From NCBI RefSeq assembly GCF_000196355.1, contig NC_007614.1:2160001-2192000 (forward strand): a stretch of 32,000 bases of DNA, read 5' to 3'. The translations under genes and the position numbers were made by a program. The notes under the pieces are model-generated. The model was given only the letters and a program-made list of their open reading frames with translations, did no database searches and had not been told where the DNA came from. The stretch is from Nitrosospira multiformis ATCC 25196 (GTDB lineage Bacteria > Pseudomonadota > Gammaproteobacteria > Burkholderiales > Nitrosomonadaceae). Shown piece after piece: positions 10,572-19,614 of this stretch (position 1 is the first letter of the stretch; every line of letters starts with the position of its first letter).

Positions 10572-11195
10572 ATGCATATTTTCAAAGTTTTCTCAGTCCT
10601 TGCGCTCTCTTTCAGCTTCACCGCTCTTGCCGCGAATTCACCGACAAGCCATCCGCAAGTTGAAATAAAAACCAATCTCGGTAAAGTGGTACTGGAACTC
10701 TATCCCGACAAGGCGCCAAAAACCGTCGAAAATTTTTTGCACTATGTGAACGACGGGCACTACACCGGCACCATATTCCATCGTGTTATCCCGGGATTCA
10801 TGATCCAGGGTGGCGGATTCGACAAGACTTTCAAGCAGAAATCTACGAGACCACCTGTTGAGAACGAGGCCGGAAACGGCCTCAAGAATGAGATTGGAAC
10901 AGTTGCAATGGCGCGTACCACAGACCCTCACTCAGCCACCGCACAGTTTTTTATCAATGTGGCCAATAACACATTTCTCAATCAAACCTCGCCTACTCCG
11001 CGCGGTTATGGCTATACCGTATTCGGCAAGGTCATCGAGGGAATGGACGTGGTCAACAGGATCGCAGCTGTTCCCACCGGTTCCGGCGGACCATTCTCCA
11101 CCGATGTGCCGAAGGAAACCATAGTAATCGAGGAAATGAGACTTATTGCAAACCCGTCTCTCGCCTCTCCCACCCATCCACAAAACAGGGATTGA
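10572..11195 (+). CDS. Exported peptidyl-prolyl cis-trans isomerase, cyclophilin type
   Basis: 207-aa ORF with signal peptide ([21 protein letters not shown]) and cyclophilin motifs [29 protein letters not shown]. Confidence 0.95.
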   Translation: MHIFKVFSVLALSFSFTALAANSPTSHPQVEIKTNLGKVVLELYPDKAPKTVENFLHYVNDGHYTGTIFHRVIPGFMIQGGGFDKTFKQKSTRPPVENEAGNGLKNEIGTVAMARTTDPHSATAQFFINVANNTFLNQTSPTPRGYGYTVFGKVIEGMDVVNRIAAVPTGSGGPFSTDVPKETIVIEEMRLIANPSLASPTHPQNRD

Positions 11196-11196
11196 T

Positions 11197-11691
11197 ATGA
11201 TCAGACTGCAAACGAACTACGGCGACATCATGCTCGAACTCGATCACGAAAAAGCACCGGTAACTGTCCAGAATTTTATAGACTATGTAAATAGCGGATA
11301 TTACGACAACACGATATTTCACCGCGTGATTGACGGATTCATGATTCAGGGAGGCGGTTTCGAACCGGGCATGATCCAGAAAAAAACCCGTGCCCCGATT
11401 GCAAATGAAGCAGGCAACGGTCTCAAGAACGATAAATATACCATCGCCATGGCGCGCACCTCTGATCCTCATTCAGCAACCGGTCAATTCTTTATCAATG
11501 TCAAGGATAACGATTTTCTGAATTACAAATCCCCCACAGCGCAAGGCTATGGCTACTGTGTGTTCGGCAAGGTGGTGGAAGGCATGGACGTAGTGGACAA
11601 GATCAAAAAGGTTAAAACGGGTACCCGCAGCGGCCATCAGGATGTACCTGTAGAAAATGCGATACTGGAAAAGGCAGAGGTAATTCAATAA
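11197..11691 (+). CDS. ppiB: Cytoplasmic peptidyl-prolyl cis-trans isomerase, cyclophilin type
   Basis: [55 protein letters not shown]...ATGQFFINV; begins 2 nt after the stop of the upstream cyclophilin. Confidence 0.95.
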   Translation: MIRLQTNYGDIMLELDHEKAPVTVQNFIDYVNSGYYDNTIFHRVIDGFMIQGGGFEPGMIQKKTRAPIANEAGNGLKNDKYTIAMARTSDPHSATGQFFINVKDNDFLNYKSPTAQGYGYCVFGKVVEGMDVVDKIKKVKTGTRSGHQDVPVENAILEKAEVIQ

Positions 11692-11705
11692 CGTTTGTCA
11701 ACATC

Positions 11706-12386
11706 ATGAGCATGTCAGCACCTAAAGCTTTTTTCTCGCTTGGATTTGCGATCGCGCTGTGGCTGCCGGCCCCGGCTTTGCACGCTCTCCCTTTTGCAGA
11801 TACGGTAGTCAGCTTTACTCCCGGAGACAGTAGCTTCCCTGGCAGCATCTATGGGGTGGAGGATGATAGCGGTGGCATTTACACGGGCCTCTCGGGAGAA
11901 GGCGTTTTTGATGCCCGGGCGGTAACGGCCCTGGATGGAGCGGTGCTCGGACTGGGCGGCTCAGCCGGAACCCCCGGATCCATCACTCTGCACTTCAGCC
12001 GCGGTGAAGTAGTGGATGGGCCCGGCGCGGATCTGCGGTTGTACGACACGTTCAGCTTCCGGGACGGGTTCAACCTGGAAATAAGCGCGGATGGGACACA
12101 CTTCATGAACGCGTTTTTCTCCGCCGGGGATTTGTCGTATTTTGAATGTTCTCTTCAGCAACCTTGCACTGACGATGTAGACATTGCAGCCCTCCAGCTG
12201 GATGCGTTCAGCTACCTCCGGATCACTGCCGCGGGTAACATTGCTCAAGGCTTTCCAGAAGCCTATACACTGGATGCCGTGGAGGCGCTCCACTATCGTT
12301 CCAGCACGGTTCCCGAGCCCGGAACACTTGCATTGCTGGGGCTTGCTGCCGTCGGTCTGGCTTTTGCTCGCCGGCGTAAAGATTGA
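11706..12386 (+). CDS. PEP-CTERM sorting domain-containing protein
   Basis: Signal peptide plus C-terminal STVPEPGTLALLGLAAVGLAFARRRKD. Confidence 0.93.
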   Translation: MSMSAPKAFFSLGFAIALWLPAPALHALPFADTVVSFTPGDSSFPGSIYGVEDDSGGIYTGLSGEGVFDARAVTALDGAVLGLGGSAGTPGSITLHFSRGEVVDGPGADLRLYDTFSFRDGFNLEISADGTHFMNAFFSAGDLSYFECSLQQPCTDDVDIAALQLDAFSYLRITAAGNIAQGFPEAYTLDAVEALHYRSSTVPEPGTLALLGLAAVGLAFARRRKD

Positions 12387-12472
12387 ATTGCAGATCGAAT
12401 TGCGCTCGAACCCGCTCCGGGAACGACCACGGCTGATTGTCTTATCTTGCTTATCTTTTATCGGGAGAAATC

Positions 12473-13297
12473 ATGTTCACCCTGTCCACCTTCAGGCTCC
12501 TCATTGCGCTATCGATCAGTGCCTGGCTGGCAATGCTTTCCGGTTGCGCCACTACCACGGCAGGCGGTGCGGTCGGCGCAAACCGTTCCCAGCTTTTGCT
12601 CATATCCTCGGAACAGCTGGAGCAAACGGCGGCACAAGGCTATAGTCAGCTGAAAACGGAAGCGACCCAAAAAGGCGCCCTGAACACGAATGAAAAACTG
12701 CTGCAACGAGTGCGTGCTATCGCTCGCCGCATCGAGCCGCAAACGGGCATATTTCGAAAGGACGCTCCCGCGTGGAACTGGGAAGTCAATGTAATCGACA
12801 GCGATGAGCTTAATGCTTTTTGCATGCCTGGCGGAAAAATCATGTTTTATTCCGGGCTGATCAATCAGCTCAAATTGACAGATGAAGAAATCGCTGTGGT
12901 GATGGGGCATGAAATTGCCCACGCCCTGCGCGAGCACTCGCGCGAGCAGGTGTCGCAGGCTATTGCGGCGCAAACGGCACTGGGAGTGGGAACCGCAGTG
13001 TTCGGTCTCAGCCAGACTACCGCTCAGATCGCCGGCATCGGATATCAGGCGTTCATCGCCACCCACTTCAGTCGCACGGACGAAGCCGAAGCGGATCGCA
13101 TCGGGCTCGAATTGTCGGCTCGTGCTGGTTATAATCCCCGGGCCGGGGTCACACTGTGGCAAAAAATGATCAATGCCAATGCGGGAGGACAACTGCCCGA
13201 GTTTCTGAGCAGTCACCCTGCTGATTCCACCCGTGTGCAGCAGATCGAGTCGCTGCTGCCGGTCGTCATGCCACTTTATGAAGCAGCCCGCCGATGA
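12473..13297 (+). CDS. M48 family metallopeptidase (secreted/lipoprotein-like)
   Basis: Start inferred at MFTLSTFRLL with lipobox-like LSGC; zinc motif HEIAH (VVMGHEIAHALREHSREQ) and downstream EAEADRIGLEL. Confidence 0.92.
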   Translation: MFTLSTFRLLIALSISAWLAMLSGCATTTAGGAVGANRSQLLLISSEQLEQTAAQGYSQLKTEATQKGALNTNEKLLQRVRAIARRIEPQTGIFRKDAPAWNWEVNVIDSDELNAFCMPGGKIMFYSGLINQLKLTDEEIAVVMGHEIAHALREHSREQVSQAIAAQTALGVGTAVFGLSQTTAQIAGIGYQAFIATHFSRTDEAEADRIGLELSARAGYNPRAGVTLWQKMINANAGGQLPEFLSSHPADSTRVQQIESLLPVVMPLYEAARR

Positions 13298-13375
13298 CGC
13301 CCAAAGTCAGGTTAGCCCTCCTCGATATAAGCTGCTTGCGTCGATAAGCCAACAGCATCACTCGTGAAGCAAAAC

Positions 13376-13408
13376 AAAGCCGGGCTTCCTTCCTTTTGGC
13401 CCGGCTTT
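13376..13408. terminator. GC-rich hairpin between convergent genes
   Basis: AAAGCCGGGC ... GCCCGGCTTT, 10-bp perfect stem between convergent M48 peptidase and subtilase genes. Confidence 0.6.
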
Positions 13409-13440
13409 GCCAACCCGAAAAAACGACCTTCCACCTCCCG

Positions 13441-15203
13441 CTACTTGACTACCGTCACGCTGACGGATGAGGATGCGCTATTTCCCGCCGCATCCTTGGC
13501 GACTACCTGAACAGTATGTGCACCCGCGGCAACATTACGTATATTCCAGTTGTAACCCAGCGTACTTCCCTTTCCGGTAGCCTTGAGCACGCCGTCGATG
13601 TAGAGCGCATAGGTAATTCCGGAAGCGCCGCTATCATCGCTTGCATTTACGCTGATGGGCACGTTGCTTCCCGAAACATTGCCTGTGACCGGATTTACGA
13701 TCTTCACCTGTGGCGCGGTAGTATCCCTGGCCACCGTTGTCGTTCCGTTTGCCACATTCACCGAGACGGTGGTCGAAGCCTTGGAGTTGCCGGCCGCATC
13801 GAATGCATAAGCGGTCAGGTTCGCCATACCGTTGGCTACGCCTGCCGAATCCCAGGTGAAGGCGAACGGCGCCGTGGTGTCGACTGCGACTGTGGTATTG
13901 TTGACCCGCAACTCGACACGGGTCACGCCGACGTTATCGCTCGCAGCCACGTTTACGCCGACCAGACCTGTTACGCTTGATCCGCCAGCAGGGGAAGTGA
14001 TGGAAACCGCCGGGGCCTGCGTGTCTCCGGCGACCACTGCCGAGGCCGCCGCCTGCACCGCGCGTGCAGCATCAACCCGTCCATAGCCATAATAGGGATC
14101 GCGCCCCGCTGTGCCCAGATCCACGGCAGTTGAAAACAGCAGACTCTCGATCTGGGTATTGGATAATGTCGGCTTTGCCGCCATCATGAGCGCCACCACG
14201 CCGGCCGTTACCGGACTTGAGAATGATGTGCCGGAAGCCGCGCCATAGCCGCCCCCCATAGTCGTCGTCCAAATTCCGGCTCCAGGCGCGGCAAGGGAGA
14301 TGTAGTTTCCGTAGCTCGACCAACTGGCTCTGAAGTCGTTCGCATCTGTAGCGGCTACAGCTACCATCGATGTCGTTACTGCATAATTCTGGAGCACTCC
14401 CGTATTTCCGCCACTCACGATCACCAGGCCACCTTTATCCTTCATGTATTGCGCCGCGCTCCGGGTGCTCGCACTGTCGGTCAGTCCGAGGAAGCTGGCA
14501 TTGGCGACGCGAACGCCGCGGTCTGCCGCATAGATAAGCCCTTGGGAAATCGCACTCCAGGTGGCATATCCAGTACTCCCGCTCACGCGGACAGGCATTA
14601 TTTTAGCCAACGCCGCCACGCCGGCAACGCCTTGGGCATTGTTTGCCATGGCTGCCGCTGACCCTGCAACCTTGGTTCCATGCCCGTAAACATCCGACGT
14701 GTTGGAATTGTTTTCGTAGAAATTCCAGCCTGGAACAAGCTGGGGTGAGAGATCAGGGTGATTCGGGTCAACTCCTGAATCCAGGATGGCGATGGTCACG
14801 CCGCTGCCCAGGGAACTGTCCCAGGCGGACGGAGCGCCAATCTTGGGCAAATGCCAGGCGCTGCCATAGTAGGGATCGTTCGGTATGAGCGCGGGTTCGA
14901 CTTCCTGGTCGATCTCGGCAAACTTGAGCGCCGGATGATGCGCAAGCCTTGCCGCCACCGCCTTCTCAGAGGCATTACCCGGCAAGTCGACGATGTACAG
15001 ATCGCTCTGCCCGATCTTCCTGCCCTTGCCGCCATGTTCGCCCAGAACCTTGGCCAGTTCCTTTTCCGGCAAGCCGGCACGCGGCATGACCAGGATGCGA
15101 CCCTTCGCCCAGCCAAGCGGCTTGTTCATTCCAGGCCCCCTGCCCTCCGGAGGCTCTGCACTGGAAATGACCGGACCCAATCCCAGCAAAACTGCCAGTA
15201 TGC
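13441..15203 (-). repeat. Direct repeat copy A (about 1.7 kb) shared with the second subtilase gene
   Basis: Nucleotide alignment by eye to about 17846..19614 at a constant offset of 4411 nt where checked; near-identical blocks at both ends, diverged middle. The outer 3' end is more diverged. Confidence 0.85.
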
Positions 15204-15321
15204 CGCTCCAAAGGGGATACCAAGGTTTGGAGATGTGCTGCGAGTTGCGAGTGCTTGATTGAATAATGCCTGAAGCGGGTTCTCTTGAGCCAGTTGCAGG
15301 CGCTTTATGATTGATATTCAC
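13441..15321 (-). CDS. S8 (subtilisin-like) serine protease with C-terminal Ig-like domains, paralog A
   Basis: Triad motifs TIAILDSGVD, GHGTKVAG, SGTSFSSPVTAGVVALM; C-terminal Ig-like repeats (APAVSITSPAGGSSVTGLVGVNVAASDN..). GTG start at 15321 preceded by GGAGG with 6-nt spacing; the ORF track start (15411) lies upstream. Confidence 0.93.
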   Translation of the reverse strand: MNINHKAPATGSREPASGIIQSSTRNSQHISKPWYPLWSGILAVLLGLGPVISSAEPPEGRGPGMNKPLGWAKGRILVMPRAGLPEKELAKVLGEHGGKGRKIGQSDLYIVDLPGNASEKAVAARLAHHPALKFAEIDQEVEPALIPNDPYYGSAWHLPKIGAPSAWDSSLGSGVTIAILDSGVDPNHPDLSPQLVPGWNFYENNSNTSDVYGHGTKVAGSAAAMANNAQGVAGVAALAKIMPVRVSGSTGYATWSAISQGLIYAADRGVRVANASFLGLTDSASTRSAAQYMKDKGGLVIVSGGNTGVLQNYAVTTSMVAVAATDANDFRASWSSYGNYISLAAPGAGIWTTTMGGGYGAASGTSFSSPVTAGVVALMMAAKPTLSNTQIESLLFSTAVDLGTAGRDPYYGYGRVDAARAVQAAASAVVAGDTQAPAVSITSPAGGSSVTGLVGVNVAASDNVGVTRVELRVNNTTVAVDTTAPFAFTWDSAGVANGMANLTAYAFDAAGNSKASTTVSVNVANGTTTVARDTTAPQVKIVNPVTGNVSGSNVPISVNASDDSGASGITYALYIDGVLKATGKGSTLGYNWNIRNVAAGAHTVQVVAKDAAGNSASSSVSVTVVK

Positions 15322-15327
15322 GTAGTT

Positions 15328-15354
15328 CCTCCTCTTGGGGAGGCGGAACCGCCT
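15328..15354 (-). promoter_or_regulatory. Two mutually exclusive hairpins at the Shine-Dalgarno of subtilase A
   Basis: mRNA sense AGGCGGUUCCGCCUCCCCAAGAGGAGG-AACUAC-GUG: AGGCG/CGCCU can pair, or CCUCC can pair with the SD GGAGG; the two share nucleotides. Confidence 0.5.
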
Positions 15355-15459
15355 AGATAGGCCGGGTGCCGAAAAACGTACTGAGCCGGAGCATCGAGAT
15401 CCACTCAACACGTTCTAATAGCTTCTCGTCATCCAAAGAATCGACAAGAAAGAAAATGG

Positions 15460-15550
15460 CATTATCTGGCAGTCCTGCCGTCCTGGGGCCTTGAGCCCGG
15501 TAGACCGATGACTTTGCGTCCCCCGCTTTCGCGAGATTTGCCTTTTACAG
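15460..15550 (-). ncRNA. Candidate cyclic-di-GMP-I (GEMM) riboswitch
   Basis: mRNA-sense AAAAGGCAAAUCUCGCGAAAGCGGGGGACGCAAAGUCAUCGGUCUACCGGGCUCAAGGCCCCAGGACGGCAGGACUGCCAGAU: GGCAAA, GAAA-capped helix, GGACGCAAAG core, second GGGC/GCCC helix and a GGCAGGACUGCC terminal helix as in GEMM-I. Confidence 0.72.
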
Positions 15551-15821
15551 ATTAAAAATTGCAGCGTTATCGTATCTGAACTCCCCAGGGGGTATGGGTG
15601 AAGCAACTGCACAAAAATCATTCTGTTCGTTGCTTTATTTAAAGGTGAAAAATGCTGCCGCTCCCGAACCCCGAGGAGATTTCGAAATTTGCAATTCTTG
15701 CAAACCAAACTTCCTGCCACTCCGGGTCAAACAGTACTCCTCCTGGTCGAAGAATTTTACATATCACTGCAGAATGGAAGAGCTCGAAGCAAACAAGGCT
15801 GATTTTATTGGAGTTTTAATT

Positions 15822-15838
15822 TAGGCACGAAAATTGCT
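15822..15838 (+). promoter_or_regulatory. Candidate sigma-54 (-24/-12) promoter
   Basis: TAGGCACGAAAATTGCT versus YTGGCACGRNNNTTGCW; one mismatch, 70 nt upstream of the PEP-CTERM start codon. Confidence 0.7.
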
Positions 15839-15908
15839 AAAGAAGCTCCGATAGGCCGAAAACGAAGTTTCGAACCTATCCAACAAAAACTTATCAGGAG
15901 AACAAATA

Positions 15909-16580
15909 ATGAAGAGTCATTTGAAGGGAGCGTTTGCTGCACTGGGACTGCTGTCTGTGGCAGGAGGTGCCCAGGCAGCAATTTTCCAAATCGATTTCAC
16001 TACTGCCGGCGCGTTTTCCGGCACCGCGCCGTCCCAGCCAACAGATCCGAATGCAATTTTTGCGACAGCGACTTTCGACGATCACAACAGCTCCGGGTCG
16101 GTGACGCTGACAATGAATGTCTTTAATAATTTGTCCGCTGGCGCTTACGTCAATGACTGGTACTTCAACGTCGATTCGGCGCCATTGAGCGGTATCACCT
16201 TTGTGAGCGGAGTGGCCGCGCAGACCATCCAGAACGGAACAGATGCGTTCAAGGCCGATGGCACCGGCGGCAACTTTGATTTCGCATTTCATTTTCCCAC
16301 CCGCAATCCCGGAGAGTTGGGGCAAGGTCATACGTCCGTATATACCTTGACGGGAGGGGGCATTACTGCCGATTCTTTTAACGCGGTATCGGTATCCGCA
16401 CCGCCCAACGCGGGTAATGGCGGATATGTCAGCGCGCTCCACGTCCAGGGCTATGGCAACAGTGTCTGGATCGGCACTGACGGCGGGCCACCTTCCAATG
16501 AAATACCAGAACCGGCAACGCTTGCACTACTCGGGCTTGGCCTTTTGGGAATCGCGGCAACCAGGCGCCAGAAACGCTAG
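15909..16580 (+). CDS. PEP-CTERM sorting domain-containing protein
   Basis: Signal peptide, Gly/Thr-rich body and C-terminal EIPEPATLALLGLGLLGIAATRRQKR; RBS AGGAGA upstream. Confidence 0.95.
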   Translation: MKSHLKGAFAALGLLSVAGGAQAAIFQIDFTTAGAFSGTAPSQPTDPNAIFATATFDDHNSSGSVTLTMNVFNNLSAGAYVNDWYFNVDSAPLSGITFVSGVAAQTIQNGTDAFKADGTGGNFDFAFHFPTRNPGELGQGHTSVYTLTGGGITADSFNAVSVSAPPNAGNGGYVSALHVQGYGNSVWIGTDGGPPSNEIPEPATLALLGLGLLGIAATRRQKR

Positions 16581-16609
16581 AGCCTGCAAACAAGACAACT
16601 TGCATGATC

Positions 16610-16635
16610 AAAAACCCCGCTCTCGCGGGGTTTTT
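16610..16635 (+). terminator. Rho-independent terminator
   Basis: AAAAACCCCGC-TCTC-GCGGGGTTTTT directly downstream of the PEP-CTERM gene. Confidence 0.9.
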
Positions 16636-16954
16636 GTTATCGATAATATTTACACCTCCTTGCCCGTCAAGCCACGGTAGTGCCCGTAGAGCGAAACCCC
16701 GAGGATAAATATTCCGGCGATGCTCTTCCCAATAATCGATATCAACTCCCTCATGCACCCAGGCCTCTCGCGCCCCAGCCTTCATTCATATCGAAAATAT
16801 TTTCATGCCATATATTATTCCTATTACTATCTCAGCAGCGTTTGATTTGACACATGCTCAAGCGGAACAGCTAGATGTAAAAAAAATCGACAGGGATGGG
16901 TGGTAATAACACCGAAATATCCCAGCTTCCGGTTCATCTCTGTCGTTACCCAAA

Positions 16955-16980
16955 AAAAAGCTCGCCGAAGCGAGCTTTTT
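16955..16980 (-). terminator. Rho-independent terminator (possibly bidirectional)
   Basis: AAAAAGCTCGC-CGAA-GCGAGCTTTTT downstream of the minus-strand PEP-CTERM gene. Confidence 0.9.
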
Positions 16981-17000
16981 AACTGGAATAGCGAATCTGT

Positions 17001-17672
17001 TTAAGCAAGCCTATTTCTCTGCCTGCGCGATACACCCCATCCCAGCAGCCCCAGCCCGAGAAGGGCAAGCGTCGTCGGCTCCGGAAGCTCTTGCGGCGGC
17101 GGACCTCCGAGTTCGGTAGGCCCCAGGCGAACTTGCTGTAAATCAGAAATCCCCGTCATTTGAACAGTACTGTCGATCGTTACTTTCACCATTACCTGGT
17201 TATCCAGGGAAAAACCGGTGAAAAAGTTCTGCCCGGAACCACTAAGTGGCTGATTCAAGAAGCTGAAGGTTGTGCCGAACTGATCCAACAGAAAGATGTT
17301 GGCAGAACCATCCGCGGCAGCATCAATATTGAACTGGACTTTCGAGAATCCAAGATTTGGATCGACCAAGCCGAAATCGATAAAGTTAAATGAACCATCA
17401 GCTGCTTCAATACGCGCCTGCCCTCCCGCCGGAGCAAAAATGTCTTCGTTACTTGTGAATCTGACAAGCTCACCGGTAGTCGGCGGATTGAGCTGTCCGA
17501 TAACTTCATGATCAAGAGTTGGATCAGGTTGATTAAAAAGTACATTATCCACATCTCCCGAGCCCCCTACCAGTCCTGGGCTTAACTGAAGAGTCGCGAA
17601 TGTATTTCCTGATAAAAGCACGCCGAGCAAAGCAACTCCGGCGCAGATCTTAAGTTTTCTCATGCCGTTCAT
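17001..17672 (-). CDS. PEP-CTERM sorting domain-containing protein
   Basis: Signal peptide MNGMRKLKICAGVALLGVLLSGNTFA; C-terminal ELPEPTTLALLGLGLLGWGVSRRQRNRLA; strong GGGAGGGG RBS. Confidence 0.95.
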   Translation of the reverse strand: MNGMRKLKICAGVALLGVLLSGNTFATLQLSPGLVGGSGDVDNVLFNQPDPTLDHEVIGQLNPPTTGELVRFTSNEDIFAPAGGQARIEAADGSFNFIDFGLVDPNLGFSKVQFNIDAAADGSANIFLLDQFGTTFSFLNQPLSGSGQNFFTGFSLDNQVMVKVTIDSTVQMTGISDLQQVRLGPTELGGPPPQELPEPTTLALLGLGLLGWGVSRRQRNRLA

Positions 17673-17718
17673 GTTATGCCCCTCCCAAGTAAGAAGTTAT
17701 CTCCCTCGCTTGATCTGA

Positions 17719-17735
17719 AGCAAGTTGGATGCCAA
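17719..17735 (-). promoter_or_regulatory. Candidate sigma-54 (-24/-12) promoter
   Basis: Minus-strand TTGGCATCCAACTTGCT; GG and GC dinucleotides and TTGC spacing match the consensus; about 47 nt upstream of the start codon. Confidence 0.72.
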
Positions 17736-17845
17736 TGAGAAAGTCTATGAAAAACCTCGAGTTTCTTCCATCTTCCCGGAAGGGGTGTAAAAATTTACGA
17801 CATGTGAACGGGTAATAACATGCTCCTTGCTACTGCTTCTATCGG

Positions 17846-19614
17846 TTACTTGATCACTGTCACATTCACCGAAGCAGATGCTGTATTGCCCGCCGCATCT
17901 CTGGCGACCGTCCAGATAGTGTGTGCTCCCGCGCGCACATTGCTTGGGCGGGTATTCCAGCTATATCCTAACGTACTTCCTTTTCCGGTAGCCTTGAGCA
18001 CGCCGTCGATGTAGAGCGTACAGGTGATTCCGGAAGCGCCGCTATCATCGCTTGCATTCACGCTGATGGCCACATTGCTGCCCGAAACATTGCCTGTGAC
18101 CGGATTTACGATCTTCACCTGTGGCGCGGTAGTATCCCTGGCCACCGTTGTCGTTCCGTTTGCCACATTCACCGAGACGGTGGTCGAAGCCTTGGAGTTG
18201 CCGGCCGCATCGAATGCATAAGCGGTCAGGTTCGCCATACCGTTGGCTACGCCTGCCGAATCCCAGGTGAAGGCGAACGGCGCCGTGGTGTCGACTGCGA
18301 CTGTGGTATTGTTGACCCGCAACTCGACACGAGTCACGCCGACGTTATCGCTCGCAGCCACGTTTACGCCGACCAGGCCTGTTACGCTTGATCCGCCAGC
18401 AGGGGAAGTGATGGAAACCGCCGGAGCCTGCGTATCTGCTGTCAGCGTGGTGCCGGCGGCGGCCTGTACGGCACGCGCCGCATTCACTCGCCCATAGCCG
18501 TAGTAAGGATCGCGCCCTGGCGTTCCAAGATCCACCGCCGTGGAATACAGCAGACTCTCGATCTGGGTATTGGATAATGTCGGCTTTGCCGCCATCATGA
18601 GCGCCACCACCCCAGCCGTTACCGGGCTTGAGAACGACGTGCCGGAAACCGCGCCATAGCCGCCACCCTTGGTAGTGCTCCAGATTCCTGCACCGGGAGC
18701 CGCGAGAGCAATGTAATTACCATAACTAGACCAGCTCGTCCGTACGTCATTTCCGTCAGTGGCAGAGACAGGAATCATGCTGGTGGTTGCGGCATAATTT
18801 TGCTGTACGCCAGTGTTGCCCCCGCTGACAATGACAAGGCCGCCTTTGTTCTTCAGGTATTGCGCCGCACTGCGAGTACTCGCACTGTCGGTCAGTCCGA
18901 GAAAGCTGGCATTGGCGACGCGAACCCCGCGGTCTGCCGCATAGATAAGCCCTTGGGAAATCGCACTCCAGGTGGCATACCCATCAGAGCCACTTACCCG
19001 GATCGGCATGATCTTCGCCCGTGCCGCCACCGAGGCCACCCCCAGCGCGTTATTGCCTGCCGCTCCCGCCGCACCCGCAACCTTGGTGCCATGCCCGTAA
19101 ACATCCGATGTATTGGAATTGTTCTCGTAGAAATTCCAGCCTGGCACCAGTTCCGTAGCCAGATCAGGGTGAGTGCTATCGACTCCTGAATCCAGGATGG
19201 CGATGGTCACGCCGCTGCCCAGGGAACTGTCCCAGGCGGACGGAGCGCCAATCTTGGGCAAATGCCAGGCGCTGCCATAGTAGGGATCGTTCGGAATGAG
19301 CGCGGGTTCGACTTCCTGGTCGATCTCGGCAAACTTGAGCGCCGGATGATGCGCAAGCCTTGCCGCCACCGCCTTCTCGGAGGCATTACCCGGCAAGTCG
19401 ACGATATACAGATCGCTCTGCCCGATCTTCCTGCCCTTGCCGCCATGTTCGCCCAGAACCTTGGCCAGTTCCTTTTCCGGCAAGCCGGCACGCGGCATGA
19501 CCAGGATGCGACCCTTCGCCCAGCCAACCGGCTTGTTCATTCCAGGCCCCCTGCCCTCCGGAGGCTCTGCACTGGAAATGACCGGACCCAATCCCAGCAA
19601 AACTGCCAGTATCG
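17846..19614 (-). repeat. Direct repeat copy B, partner of 13441..15203
   Basis: See copy A; for example, 19192-19614 differs from 14781-15203 at about 4 positions by eye. Confidence 0.85.

Noticed and set aside
13832-14086. 84-aa plus-strand ORF, duplicated at 18243..18497
   Set aside because: Antisense to the Ig-like region of the subtilase genes; its duplication only mirrors the gene repeat. No RBS or family support.
15415-15720. 101-aa minus-strand ORF over the riboswitch candidate
   Set aside because: The nucleotide sequence fits a structured leader RNA better; the protein has no recognisable domain and no convincing start context.
15594-15824. 76-aa plus-strand ORF ending just before the sigma-54 site
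   Set aside because: No RBS or family match; more likely non-coding intergenic DNA.
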